From Clostridiales bacterium (GTDB lineage: Bacteria > Bacillota > Clostridia > Oscillospirales > Acutalibacteraceae), in contig DXXG01000025.1 of assembly GCA_019416455.1 (NCBI GenBank), positions 11-64,010 on the forward strand: DNA of 64,000 nucleotides, read 5' to 3'. Of the stretch, positions 41,426 to 50,809 are shown in pieces. The notes under the pieces are model-generated. The model saw nothing but the letters and a program-made list of their open reading frames with translations. It ran no database searches and was not told the origin of the DNA. Positions within the stretch are counted from its first letter, which is position 1, and the number at the start of each line of letters is the position of its first letter. Position numbers and translations under genes: made by a program.

Positions 41426-42226
41426 TCAATCCTTTCTGCGGTTCTCCCGCGTGATCTCGATATAAATTCCTTCCTCCTGAAAATGGCAGGATAATCCGTT
41501 ATCCACCAGCTCCTGGCATAGAGCAGGCCAGGCTGCAGGTTCCGGCAAGTCTCCGCCGGTAAGAAGAAGGTATTCCTGATTTTGAGCAATACACTCGTTA
41601 TATAGTTCGTTTAGCTCTCCAAGGTGGGACTCCACCCACTCAAAGGCTGTTAGGCTGAAGTCTTCCGGCTCTGGAGAAGAGGGAGTCGATTCAGTCGGCT
41701 CTGGCTGAGGAGGATCGGGTGGTGTGTTCTTTGATGGAGGCTCCAGTGAAGGCTTCTCCTCAGGCGCACACAAGTACAGGATCTCGAAAAGGTGTTTTCC
41801 CTGGAGGCGGATCTCCGCCTCTCGATAGCCTCCTGCCCGGTTGAGCAAGATGGCCAGATCCTCACCTCGTTGAAACCTAGCTTTGGCATTGGGATACTTC
41901 CACACCCACCGGGCATTGGGATATTCACGCTGCACCCACTGAGTAATATTGGTTTGCAGTTCCCCAAAAGACAAAATGTCCTCCACATCCCGAATGGGAC
42001 GCTGGGTTGTAGAAGACGAAGAGCCTTGCGGTACCTGTTTCTCCGGTTGGGTACTTTGCACCTTGGGGGAACCGAGAAACAGCAGCCGAATCATTGCCAC
42101 AAAGATACCTAAAATCGCCAAAAGTAAAATGGGCCACAGTCTGCACACATACAAGAGCAGAGCCAGAACCCCGAAAATAACCATAGCTTCATAGGCCATG
42201 TGACGCTGCCAGTCTTTTTTCGTCAT
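41426..42226 (-). CDS. membrane protein (two N-terminal hydrophobic helices, Pro-rich centre)
   Basis: AMVIFGVLALLLYVCRLWPILLLAILGIFVAMIRLLFL. Confidence 0.7.
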   Translation of the reverse strand: MTKKDWQRHMAYEAMVIFGVLALLLYVCRLWPILLLAILGIFVAMIRLLFLGSPKVQSTQPEKQVPQGSSSSTTQRPIRDVEDILSFGELQTNITQWVQREYPNARWVWKYPNAKARFQRGEDLAILLNRAGGYREAEIRLQGKHLFEILYLCAPEEKPSLEPPSKNTPPDPPQPEPTESTPSSPEPEDFSLTAFEWVESHLGELNELYNECIAQNQEYLLLTGGDLPEPAAWPALCQELVDNGLSCHFQEEGIYIEITRENRRKD

Positions 42227-42249
42227 CTGCGTTTTTCCTTTCTTTTAGG

Positions 42250-42290
42250 CATAAGAAAACGCACAGGGTATCTAAAAACACCTGTGCGTT
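42250..42290 (-). terminator. terminator after the SSB-like gene
   Basis: AACGCACAGG/CCTGTGCGTT stem, followed on the minus strand by a T-rich run. Confidence 0.65.
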
Positions 42291-42309
42291 ACTTACGCCT
42301 GATTCATTT

Positions 42310-42777
42310 TTAATCGTTGAAGAAAGGGTTTGTGCCGGAAAACGGCTCAAAACCGGTAAACAATGCGGGCCCCTCCTGCTTCGGTTTTTCCGCTGCAGCA
42401 GGACTGACATCATCCGTCGGTGTGTGCCCTTGTTCCTTTTTCTGTCCTGTCCCGGAAGCGTACTCAATTTCATCCAGGATAACAACCATAGTGTGGTGGG
42501 ATTCTCCCTCTCTGTCTGTCCATTCGTCCTCGTCCAGCCGACCCAGCAGGTTCACGGCGGAACCAGCCTGCAGCTTCATTTTCTTGATGCGGTCACAGAG
42601 ATTCCCAAAGGCCTTTACCGGCAGGTTAATCCACCGGTGATTGCCTTCCTCTTTGGGATCGTAAACCTTCTCCCCAATGCGGAACCGGACAGCATCCCCT
42701 TTCTCAGAGAACTTGAGGGCAGGGGATTTTTCGTACCCCTGGGAGATGACCGCTCCTGTGATGATAGTTTTGATCAT
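42310..42777 (-). CDS. single-stranded DNA-binding (OB-fold) protein
   Basis: 155 aa. ...WINLPVKAFGNLCDRI...VNLLGRLDEDEW..., then a Gly/Pro-rich tail ending ...FEPFSGTNPFFND. Confidence 0.6.
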   Translation of the reverse strand: MIKTIITGAVISQGYEKSPALKFSEKGDAVRFRIGEKVYDPKEEGNHRWINLPVKAFGNLCDRIKKMKLQAGSAVNLLGRLDEDEWTDREGESHHTMVVILDEIEYASGTGQKKEQGHTPTDDVSPAAAEKPKQEGPALFTGFEPFSGTNPFFND

Positions 42778-42847
42778 GTTGAACTCCTTTCTGCAGGTTA
42801 TGCCTGCTCAAAAATTAGTTTCCACCCTCGAGGGGAAGGACCCAGAA

Positions 42848-42969
42848 AATAAAAAAAGTGCCAAAGAGCACATAGCTCCTTGACACTTTGCATACAGGTC
42901 ACTTTGGGCATTTGGAAAACCCTGGAAACTTTACGGCCTCATTATAGCACCCAGGGTTCGGGGTGTCAA
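42848..42969 (-). promoter_or_regulatory. consensus TTGACA-17-TATAAT promoter, conserved leader box and intrinsic terminator
   Basis: -10 at 42941-42946 and -35 at 42964-42969. Hairpin AAAGTGTCA...TGGCACTTT at 42855-42889, followed by T7. Confidence 0.75.
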
Positions 42970-42976
42970 ACGGTTT

Positions 42977-43414
42977 TCAGGTTTTTTCCATCTCCAAACA
43001 ACCACTCAGAACCAAAAGGCCGTCGTCTTCGTAGACAGGCGTTGAGTCCGCTACATAGATCCGAAGAGTGTCCCCGGGAGCTAGATTCCCTGTCCGGTAT
43101 CGCAGGTACACCTTAACTGAGTGCTCACCGCACTTCACAACCACAGCCTTTGGACGGCGGCGGAACAGGGTGGTATCAACCTGCCTACACACTCCTTCTA
43201 ATATCAGAATTTTCCCCTGATTTGTCCTCCATACAATCAGGGCTCCGCTGCCAGCGGAGAAAGCGCCCATAATAAAAAACGGCAGGCGCAACATCATTTG
43301 GCGAAACCCTATTATCACCACCAACAGTAAACAAAAACAGGCTCCCGCTCCAGCAAACCGGAGAAGAGCCTGTTTCCGTAAAGGAGGCGGTAGATTTTTC
43401 AGCTTTTCCTTCAT
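42977..43414 (-). CDS. membrane protein
   Basis: MKEKLKNLPPPL...; two hydrophobic helices. ATG behind GAGGTG. Confidence 0.65.
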   Translation of the reverse strand: MKEKLKNLPPPLRKQALLRFAGAGACFCLLLVVIIGFRQMMLRLPFFIMGAFSAGSGALIVWRTNQGKILILEGVCRQVDTTLFRRRPKAVVVKCGEHSVKVYLRYRTGNLAPGDTLRIYVADSTPVYEDDGLLVLSGCLEMEKT

Positions 43415-43421
43415 ACACACC

Positions 43422-43988
43422 TCACAGCAAAACAATTCTTTTCTTCTTCAGCAATCCCAGTACGGCTCGCACCATTTCGTCCCTACAGGAAGCGTGCTCC
43501 ATTTGGGCCTCCAGTACGTTGTCAAATATATTCTCCCGGGTGTAAATAGTTTCCGTTAGGGCCTGGCGGTTCTCCTCGCCAAGAAGCTCCGGTTCCAGAT
43601 TGATATCGTGTTCCCGTAGGAATACCAGCTCCGCAATCGTCAGGCGCAACCCTGCCCCACGAAGCCACTGAAGGGTCTGATTTTCCAGGGGGCTCAGGGG
43701 CAACCGCAGCTTTCCAGCTTTAGCAGGCACCGGAATGCACTGGGTTAAGGCACGGAAAACTCCCTCCGGCTCTTCTCCTACTGGCTGGACCAAACCGATC
43801 CGCTTCAAATGGACGAGCTCTTTTACATACAGTGCATTCGTTCCATCCGCCTCTGCCACTCCATACCTGCCATTGATCCACAGGCCTGCTCTAGCTCCCG
43901 TCAACTGAAACTCATCGTTTCCACGCCGGATTTTCAAAATGAGTTCCGTGGAACCATCTATAACATAACCTTTGGACATATACTTCAT
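43422..43988 (-). CDS. hypothetical protein
   Basis: ATG at 43988 behind AAGGAGGG. Confidence 0.65.
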   Translation of the reverse strand: MKYMSKGYVIDGSTELILKIRRGNDEFQLTGARAGLWINGRYGVAEADGTNALYVKELVHLKRIGLVQPVGEEPEGVFRALTQCIPVPAKAGKLRLPLSPLENQTLQWLRGAGLRLTIAELVFLREHDINLEPELLGEENRQALTETIYTRENIFDNVLEAQMEHASCRDEMVRAVLGLLKKKRIVLL

Positions 43989-44053
43989 ATCCAGGCCCTC
44001 CTTTTGAAGAATTCTACTTGCATTACACGGATGAGGCAAGCAGTTTGCAACTC

Positions 44054-44431
44054 TCACAGCAAAAATAGTGCCAATGTACATCCGGCTATCACCAGGATAA
44101 CACCGGCCACCAACAATACCATTCTCAGAATCAGACGGGTATCCACTCCCTCCCGTTGACGGTCAGCATCTATGGGCTTAACATCGTCGTAATAACCATC
44201 ATAGTCATTGATTTCCGTTGAAGGAACGAAGCTTTCCTTCGGCTGGTTTCTGTCTGCGCTTTTTTCTCGCTTCGGCTTGCGCGAGTGGGGATGTTTCCTC
44301 TGCTTTTTTTTCTGTTTGGTTTCCACTGGTGTCTGGTTTTCTTCTGATCCGGAAAGGGGGTTACCGCACTCCGGACAAAAAGAAAAAGCGCCGGACTGAA
44401 TCTCGGCGCCACAATAGGGACAGTATTTCAT
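44054..44431 (-). CDS. zinc-ribbon protein with a basic linker and C-terminal TM helix
   Basis: MKYCPYCGAEIQSGAFSFCPECGNPL and ...MVLLVAGVILVIAGCTLALFLL. Confidence 0.75.
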   Translation of the reverse strand: MKYCPYCGAEIQSGAFSFCPECGNPLSGSEENQTPVETKQKKKQRKHPHSRKPKREKSADRNQPKESFVPSTEINDYDGYYDDVKPIDADRQREGVDTRLILRMVLLVAGVILVIAGCTLALFLL

Positions 44432-44712
44432 AGACGATCGCTCCTTGCAGATCTAGGTTTTCTCAAACTCCAATTGTGGACAGTACTATTCTAGCATGGC
44501 AATTTGTTCTTGTCATCGGCGGAGAGTGTGCCATTTTTTTGCCATTTGTTTTTCGTACTCAATAGTGTGCATGACGCAATGGCCACAATCTCCCTGTTCC
44601 AATTTTCTTGACGCTTCCAAGATTGTTCCGCTACAATATAAGGGTCTTCGGGCAGACAATGCCCATCCGATCAGAAACAACATATATTATCGCAAAGAAA
44701 TGAGGTGTCTCT

Positions 44713-45879
44713 ATGAATAAAAAAGAAGTGTCCGAACTGCGCCGCCGGTGGCAGGTGGAAAAGAACTCCGTAAAACACATTTACGGCTGCTATGTCAACA
44801 CGAGTGGGGAAATCGTCGCTGACCTGGACGAGCCTTTGGCTCTCATGCCCCAAGAAGAGGCAGAGCAGTATTTCAGCCTGCTCAAGAAAACCCTCTCCGG
44901 AAAATTGGAAAAGAATCTGATCGATTTAGTGTTCTCCACCCAGCAGGTGGCTGAAAGTGACGAACACCGGCTGCTGATGTCCCTGCGGGACTCGAAACTT
45001 CAGGATCTGGAAGTGCGCCAATCTTTCTATCAAAAAGCTGTAGAGAGCTTGCATCTGGAAGGCAGCTACTTGTTGCTTCTGGCCCACGACACTTACGATG
45101 TGCCTTCAAAAGCCAAGGATGACTCCTCCCTGGAGGATGGGGAAACTGTGTTTTCTTACCTTCTCTGTGCGGTGTGCCCTGTGAAGGAGGGCAAGCCCGG
45201 ATTGGGCTATTATGCCGGGGATAACGAGTTCCACTGTTTTGCGCCTCAGACCGTGGCTGCTCCCGAATACGGGTTTTTGTTCCCCGCTTTTGACGGGAGG
45301 GTTGCCAATTTGTACAACGCCCTGTTCTACTGCCGCATATCTGACGCTTTGCCCCAGGAGTTCATTGAGAATGTATTTCACACCGATGTGCCTATGCCTG
45401 CGGCCCAGCAGAAGGAAACATTCCAGGAGTCCTTGGCGGAGGCTTTGGGACAGGCCTGCAGCATGGACGTGGTTCAGGTGGTCTACAGCCAGCTTGACGG
45501 GATGCTAGAGGAGCACAAGGAGACTGGCAGCTGGGAGCCGCTCACTGTCACCGCAAGGGATTTGGCGAACATTCTTCGGGGCTGTGAGGTCCCGGAGGAA
45601 AGTGTTCAGACTTTCCAATCTCTGTGTGACGAGAAGTTTGGAGAGGGTGTGGCTCTGAACCCTGCCAACCTTATCGAGCCAGGGAAAGTGGAAATCAGGA
45701 CGCCCCAGGTGTCTGTAACGCTGGAGTCAAACTTCTCTTCCATGGTCCAGACACGGGTGATTGATGGCCGAAAGTACCTGCTTATTCCCGCGGGAGAAGG
45801 GGTTGAATTCAACGGGTTGACAGTGAATATACCCATGGAAATGGAAGCCTTGACCTCTAAAGAAGGGGAACCAGACTGA
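44713..45879 (+). CDS. DUF4317-family protein
   Basis: MNKKEVSELRRRWQVEKNSVKHIYGCYVNTSGEIV... is an N-terminus typical of the family (recalled from memory). Confidence 0.8.
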   Translation: MNKKEVSELRRRWQVEKNSVKHIYGCYVNTSGEIVADLDEPLALMPQEEAEQYFSLLKKTLSGKLEKNLIDLVFSTQQVAESDEHRLLMSLRDSKLQDLEVRQSFYQKAVESLHLEGSYLLLLAHDTYDVPSKAKDDSSLEDGETVFSYLLCAVCPVKEGKPGLGYYAGDNEFHCFAPQTVAAPEYGFLFPAFDGRVANLYNALFYCRISDALPQEFIENVFHTDVPMPAAQQKETFQESLAEALGQACSMDVVQVVYSQLDGMLEEHKETGSWEPLTVTARDLANILRGCEVPEESVQTFQSLCDEKFGEGVALNPANLIEPGKVEIRTPQVSVTLESNFSSMVQTRVIDGRKYLLIPAGEGVEFNGLTVNIPMEMEALTSKEGEPD

Positions 45880-46032
45880 ATATTCTGTTCCTTGCCAACA
45901 GACGCTTCTTTCTGATTTCGTGTATCCTTTCTGCAGCAATCTCGGAAGATGGCTTGCAATATCAACTATATAGAGTTAAACTATAATAAAGAGTTTCAAA
46001 GGTTGCCTTGTGCGATCATAGTTTCAGGACGT

Positions 46033-46075
46033 ACAGCGTCAGAAAGCCTCAGTGTTTTCTGACGCTGTTTTTTTG
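46033..46075 (+). terminator. rho-independent terminator
   Basis: CAGCGTCAGAAA...TTTCTGACGCTG followed by T7. Confidence 0.8.
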
Positions 46076-46249
46076 TTCTCTGGGTTTCGTTTGCGGGCAG
46101 GACCATGAACCGCACAAACTGCCTAGAACGCCTTTGACCAGCGATTTCAATCAAACGGTATATCTATATAGTAGGATGGAAAAGCTCATGACTTTCAAAT
46201 CTTCTACAATATAGATGGCCCAACAAACATTGTTTTTGGAGGTAGATCA

Positions 46250-46720
46250 ATGAGAAGAAAACGTATTGGAAGAAAAAATTTCCACGGATCGGTGGATATT
46301 ACGGACCCTGGTTATGACAAGGATGTCTTTTGCAGGATCAATAATCTTCCTATAGCAGAAGGAATCTATGATTGTGTTGTATGGTACCAAATGGAAGGAT
46401 CTAACGAAAAGGAAAAGCAATACGCTTATTCGATGGTTGGAATCATCGGAATCTACCGAAATGGTGAGATCCCCCCTCAAAAAAAGATGGAACTAATCGG
46501 GACCATCGGTGTAGACGCTGGACTTGCCGGATTCTTTCACAATAAACCTGACTATACCGACAATGAATGGGGCAAATTCATTGGGCAGCTCACTTGTGGC
46601 GATGTATGGCTTACTGAAGAGGGATTTTTCAGTGCTTCCGGATATGGCGATGGAATTTACCCGGTATATGCCAGCAAGTCGCGAGGCACTATTGACGCAC
46701 TGGAAATCCGGTTTCTGTAA
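46250..46720 (+). CDS. DUF4241-like protein
   Basis: ...IGVDAGLAGFF...SGYGDGIYPVY...LEIRF. Confidence 0.65.
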   Translation: MRRKRIGRKNFHGSVDITDPGYDKDVFCRINNLPIAEGIYDCVVWYQMEGSNEKEKQYAYSMVGIIGIYRNGEIPPQKKMELIGTIGVDAGLAGFFHNKPDYTDNEWGKFIGQLTCGDVWLTEEGFFSASGYGDGIYPVYASKSRGTIDALEIRFL

Positions 46721-46850
46721 CGAAAAACCAATGACAAATGAAATACATTAAAGCAAGATCGAAGAACAATTCGCTGAGGTAATGCCCGATTGTTTATGGG
46801 TACTGTTCTTGATTTGCTAAATGTTACAGATACCACAATAACAGAGAAAT

Positions 46851-46883
46851 GCCCCAGGGCGCATGCGCTCTGGGGCATTTTGT
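46851..46883. terminator. bidirectional hairpin
   Basis: AATGCCCCAG...CTGGGGCATT. Confidence 0.7.
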
Positions 46884-47004
46884 TAGTTTTGAAAAGAATA
46901 ACAACCTGTGCCGTTATGGGTTCTTCCCAAGTTCTTATATAAATGAGAAAGTGTAGATGTTTCCCTATAACATTGCTATATTTTGTATTTGAGAAGATGA
47001 TGAA

Positions 47005-48174
47005 TCAGCCGATCACCCGGTATTTCTTTCGGTTTCCATAGGTAGTAGAGTGCAGCAGCCCCAGTTCTTCAAACTTCAGTACAAAGCCGCGGATGGTAGC
47101 ATAGGCTGCGTTGCCAAAATCCTTTTCCAGCTGCTTAGTAGAGAACTCCTCTGTGCCGTAAGCAGAGAGCACAAACTGCCACAGTTCTTTTTCCTTTTCT
47201 GTAATTTTTCCCCCTGCCAGAACCTGCTGGAAGGTATCCGTTGTTTTCCCTTCGGGTAGGGCGTGTTCCAGTTTGCCGTAAACCTGCCGTACAAAGTACA
47301 TCAAAAAAGGAGTGAGATCCAGCATTCCACTGAATCGGGCATTTTGCTCTACCAAGGTAAAGGCATCATAATACTGCTTTTTACTGTGCTGGATGTACTC
47401 CGAAAGTGGAATGAACAAGGTGGAAGGATAACCTCTCTGAGTCAGGAACCAAAGGTGTAGCAAACGAGCCATGCGCCCATTCCCGTCAAAATAAGGATGC
47501 AGATAAGCAAGGTAAAAATGAATGATAGCTGCCTGGAGAAGGTCGTTTCCCGGGTCATCTCCTTGGATGAAATTCATAAGTTCTGCCATGTAGCTGGGTA
47601 GCTTCTGCCAAGGTAGACCTGTGTGCTCCACTTTGTTACCCACCACGTACACACTGTCATGGCGGTAGAGGTTACTGGGCAGAAGCTGATCCTCTTGGGG
47701 AAGGAACTGCCCTACCACCATCTGGTAGAGATAGAAGAGGTTCTCCTCCGTGATGGCATGAGTGGTGTCAGCGATAAATTCAAGTCCCAGCTTCATACCC
47801 TGCACACGGTATTCTATCTCACTATCCGGGGCGTAACCCGCCATGATCCTCCGTACACTTTCCCTGGACGTGTCAATCTGTTCAATGGAAAAGGTGGCCA
47901 AAATTTCCTCCTCCATAGCTTTCCTGCCGTAGATTTGCATACGGTCCTGCGGAGTAAGAAGCACTTTGGCTGCGGAAAGCTGAACCTGAGTGACACCGGG
48001 AAGATAAACTACCTGGTTTCCTTGAAAATCTCGAAGCGGAAGGTCTTTTGTAAAACCATCCCGCAGCAGGTCGGCAAATTCACGAATCGATGCCTGCGGG
48101 TATTTATAACCAAGTTTTTTCAAATCGATGATAGTTGGGTCTGCCAGCATTCTGGCAAAGAGTTTTGCGTCCAT
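47005..48174 (-). CDS. Fic family protein
   Basis: HPYFDGNGRMARLL Fic motif. ATG at 48174 behind AGAGGTG. Confidence 0.9.
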   Translation of the reverse strand: MDAKLFARMLADPTIIDLKKLGYKYPQASIREFADLLRDGFTKDLPLRDFQGNQVVYLPGVTQVQLSAAKVLLTPQDRMQIYGRKAMEEEILATFSIEQIDTSRESVRRIMAGYAPDSEIEYRVQGMKLGLEFIADTTHAITEENLFYLYQMVVGQFLPQEDQLLPSNLYRHDSVYVVGNKVEHTGLPWQKLPSYMAELMNFIQGDDPGNDLLQAAIIHFYLAYLHPYFDGNGRMARLLHLWFLTQRGYPSTLFIPLSEYIQHSKKQYYDAFTLVEQNARFSGMLDLTPFLMYFVRQVYGKLEHALPEGKTTDTFQQVLAGGKITEKEKELWQFVLSAYGTEEFSTKQLEKDFGNAAYATIRGFVLKFEELGLLHSTTYGNRKKYRVIG

Positions 48175-48607
48175 AGGATCACCTCTGAAAGAAAACGATA
48201 TCAATTAGTATCAGTATATCAGAGGCGCCTTATTCTGGCAAGACATGATTTATTTAAGGTATGAGTCGGTAACAAGGGGGAGATTGTCACCCCGCCATAT
48301 TTGGAAATATTATGGGTGGATAAGGATAAATACGATAGAAGTTTTGCACTGCGCGAAGACGCCAGCAAGAACCTCTTCCTGAACTGCACTCCCATCATCT
48401 CGTTAATGGTCAAGGATTTTGCTGGGCCGATAGAGTATCTGATCACTGTAACCGACATACCATTTGATTGTATGACATCAAATAGTTACAGTAATTATTT
48501 CATCTCTGAGGAACGTATAGGTTTTGTGTTCTAAACTACTGACATGTATTGTAATTAAGCCTTGTTTCCGCTATACTGAGGATAGTTTCAGAAAGGGGAG
48601 GGGTGTT

Positions 48608-49096
48608 ATGAATCCGCAGGTCACGATTGGTATTCTGGTGGGCTGTGTGGCGCTGGCTGCGATTTTGGCCCTTCTTTCACTCCACATCTTGCGAAGGGAG
48701 TCAACGTATTTACAGGAGCGTTCCCAAAATGGGGAGATTCTGCTCTTAACTTTTGACCAGATTATGGCCTTGTACCACGCCGCCCCGGAGAAATGGGACA
48801 TACAGGTGGATGGCCCCACCTACTATCCCCAGGGGAAAGAGCAGGATGGCCTTTTGGTCTATATGCTGCCCAAAGAACGGAAGAAATATAGTGCATGGTT
48901 TGACTGGCGGCTTTCCCATGGGGAGGATCCAGGCCAGTTTCAAATGACCACCAAGGCGCTGCTTTCCATGCAGGAGGACTTGGAGGGACATCTGCAAGAA
49001 CTGGAAGAAAGCAACCAGAAAGCGCTCCAGGAATCTGTTGAAGCAGCGCAGCGGATCTTGGACAAACAGCGACCGAAAGGGGGCACAGATACCTAA
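48608..49096 (+). CDS. membrane-anchored hypothetical protein upstream of flotillin
   Basis: MNPQVTIGILVGCVALAAILALLS... Confidence 0.7.
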   Translation: MNPQVTIGILVGCVALAAILALLSLHILRRESTYLQERSQNGEILLLTFDQIMALYHAAPEKWDIQVDGPTYYPQGKEQDGLLVYMLPKERKKYSAWFDWRLSHGEDPGQFQMTTKALLSMQEDLEGHLQELEESNQKALQESVEAAQRILDKQRPKGGTDT

Positions 49097-49159
49097 AATC
49101 ATGAAGTGCCCTATGACGTTAAATTCTCCAACGTGTGAAGAAAGAGCAGGTGTTATGTG

Positions 49160-50674
49160 ATGGAATTTCTATTGAATTACCTCCCAATCATTATCCCGAT
49201 TCTTGTGATCCTCATTATTTTGCTCATGGGCTATGTCAAAGCCCCGCCGGATCAGGCGTACATCATTTCCGGTCTGCGAAAAAACAGCCGAATCCTTATT
49301 GGGCAGGCGGGCATCCGCATCCCCTTCTTAGAGCGGCTGGACAAATTGTATCTGGGTCAAATGACGGTGGATATCAAGACGGAACAGTCAGTCCCTACCA
49401 ACGACTTCATCAATGTTTCCGTGGATGCTGTGGCCAAGGTCCGTATCTCCCCGGAGGAGAAAGGCATTCGGCTGGCAGCCAAGAACTTTCTGAATAAGAA
49501 AGGCAATGACATTGCCCTGGATCTGAGAGATTCCCTCCAGGGCAATATGCGGGAAATCATTGGCACTCTGACGCTGGAAAAGATCAACACAGATCGGGAT
49601 TCTTTCTCGGACCAGGTGATGCAGAAGGCATCCCGGGATATGGAAAAGCTGGGTATCGAGATCCTTTCCTGCAACATCCAGAATGTACAGGATGAAAACG
49701 GACTGATTCAGGATCTGGGTGCGGAGAATACTTCTCTTATTAAAAAGAATGCGGCCATTGCCAAGGCTCAGGCGGAACGAGACGTGGCCATCGCCCAGGC
49801 AAATGCTGACAAAGCAGCAAACGACGCCAAGGTGGAGTCGGAAACTCAAATCGCTCAAAAGCAGAATGAACTGGAAATCAAGAAGGCGGAGTTGAAGATC
49901 TCGGCAGACACCAAGAAGGCTGAAGCGGAAGCCGCCTACGAGATCCAGAACCAAGCCCAGCAGAAGATCATCGGTACCGCAACGGTGGACGCGGAGATCG
50001 CCAAGACTGCTCGGGAAGCTGAGCTGAAAAAGCAAGAGGTAGAAGTGGCCAAGCAAGCGTTGGACGCTGAGATCCGTGCCAAGGCGGACGCCGACCGCTA
50101 CCGGAAGGAGCAAGAGGCACAAGCCGCCTTGTTCCAGCGTCAGAAGGATGCTGAAGCTAAGCGATACGAGCAGGAACAAGAGGCGGAAGCTGTGAAAAAG
50201 CAGGCGGAAGCCACTCGTTTCGCTAAGGAGCAGGAAGCAGCCGGTATCTCTGCCGTAGGTAAGGCAGAGGCCGCGGCCATTCAAGCTAAAGCACTGGCGG
50301 AGGCGGAAGGTATTGACAAGAAAGCTGAGGCCATGAAGAAATACGGCCAGGCGGCTGTCATTGAAATGGTTATGAACGCTCTGCCCGCCATTGCGAAGAA
50401 TGTGGCTGAACCTCTGTCTAAGGTGGATAAGATTACCATGTATGGTGACGGCAACAGCGCAAAGCTGCTGCAGGACATCATTAACGGTACTACCCAAATC
50501 ACCGAGGGTATCTCCCAGGGCATGGGTATTGACGTGAAAGCCCTACTTTCCGGAATGATCGGCGGAAAAGTAGCCGCTAGTACTCAGGAGCCTCCTGCTC
50601 CGGCAGCAGATCCTGTGGAAACAGCAATCGCTGATCCCTCTCCAGTTGCTCAAGAACCTGAAAAAGAGGAATAA
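49160..50674 (+). CDS. flotillin / SPFH-domain protein
   Basis: N-terminal TM helix, SPFH core, and a long Ala/Glu/Lys-rich coiled coil. Confidence 0.9.
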   Translation: MEFLLNYLPIIIPILVILIILLMGYVKAPPDQAYIISGLRKNSRILIGQAGIRIPFLERLDKLYLGQMTVDIKTEQSVPTNDFINVSVDAVAKVRISPEEKGIRLAAKNFLNKKGNDIALDLRDSLQGNMREIIGTLTLEKINTDRDSFSDQVMQKASRDMEKLGIEILSCNIQNVQDENGLIQDLGAENTSLIKKNAAIAKAQAERDVAIAQANADKAANDAKVESETQIAQKQNELEIKKAELKISADTKKAEAEAAYEIQNQAQQKIIGTATVDAEIAKTAREAELKKQEVEVAKQALDAEIRAKADADRYRKEQEAQAALFQRQKDAEAKRYEQEQEAEAVKKQAEATRFAKEQEAAGISAVGKAEAAAIQAKALAEAEGIDKKAEAMKKYGQAAVIEMVMNALPAIAKNVAEPLSKVDKITMYGDGNSAKLLQDIINGTTQITEGISQGMGIDVKALLSGMIGGKVAASTQEPPAPAADPVETAIADPSPVAQEPEKEE

Positions 50675-50694
50675 GATTCAGATCAAAAGGGACA

Positions 50695-50731
50695 CAAGGT
50701 CATTCACCTTGTGTCCCTTTTATATGCTTTT
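50695..50731. terminator. bidirectional hairpin
   Basis: AAAAGGGACACAAGGT...ACCTTGTGTCCCTTTT. Confidence 0.8.
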
Positions 50732-50809
50732 CTTTCACTGGATGAAGTGCTCGTTAAGAAAAGATCAGAACACATAATCCGATTACTACGGCCATTACCT
50801 TTTTCATCG

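Noticed and set aside
49388-50497. 369-aa antisense ORF inside the flotillin gene
   Set aside because: It is the mirror image of the Ala/Glu/Lys coiled-coil coding region (a Leu/Ser/Phe-rich repetitive translation). The sense strand has a clear SPFH/flotillin identity.
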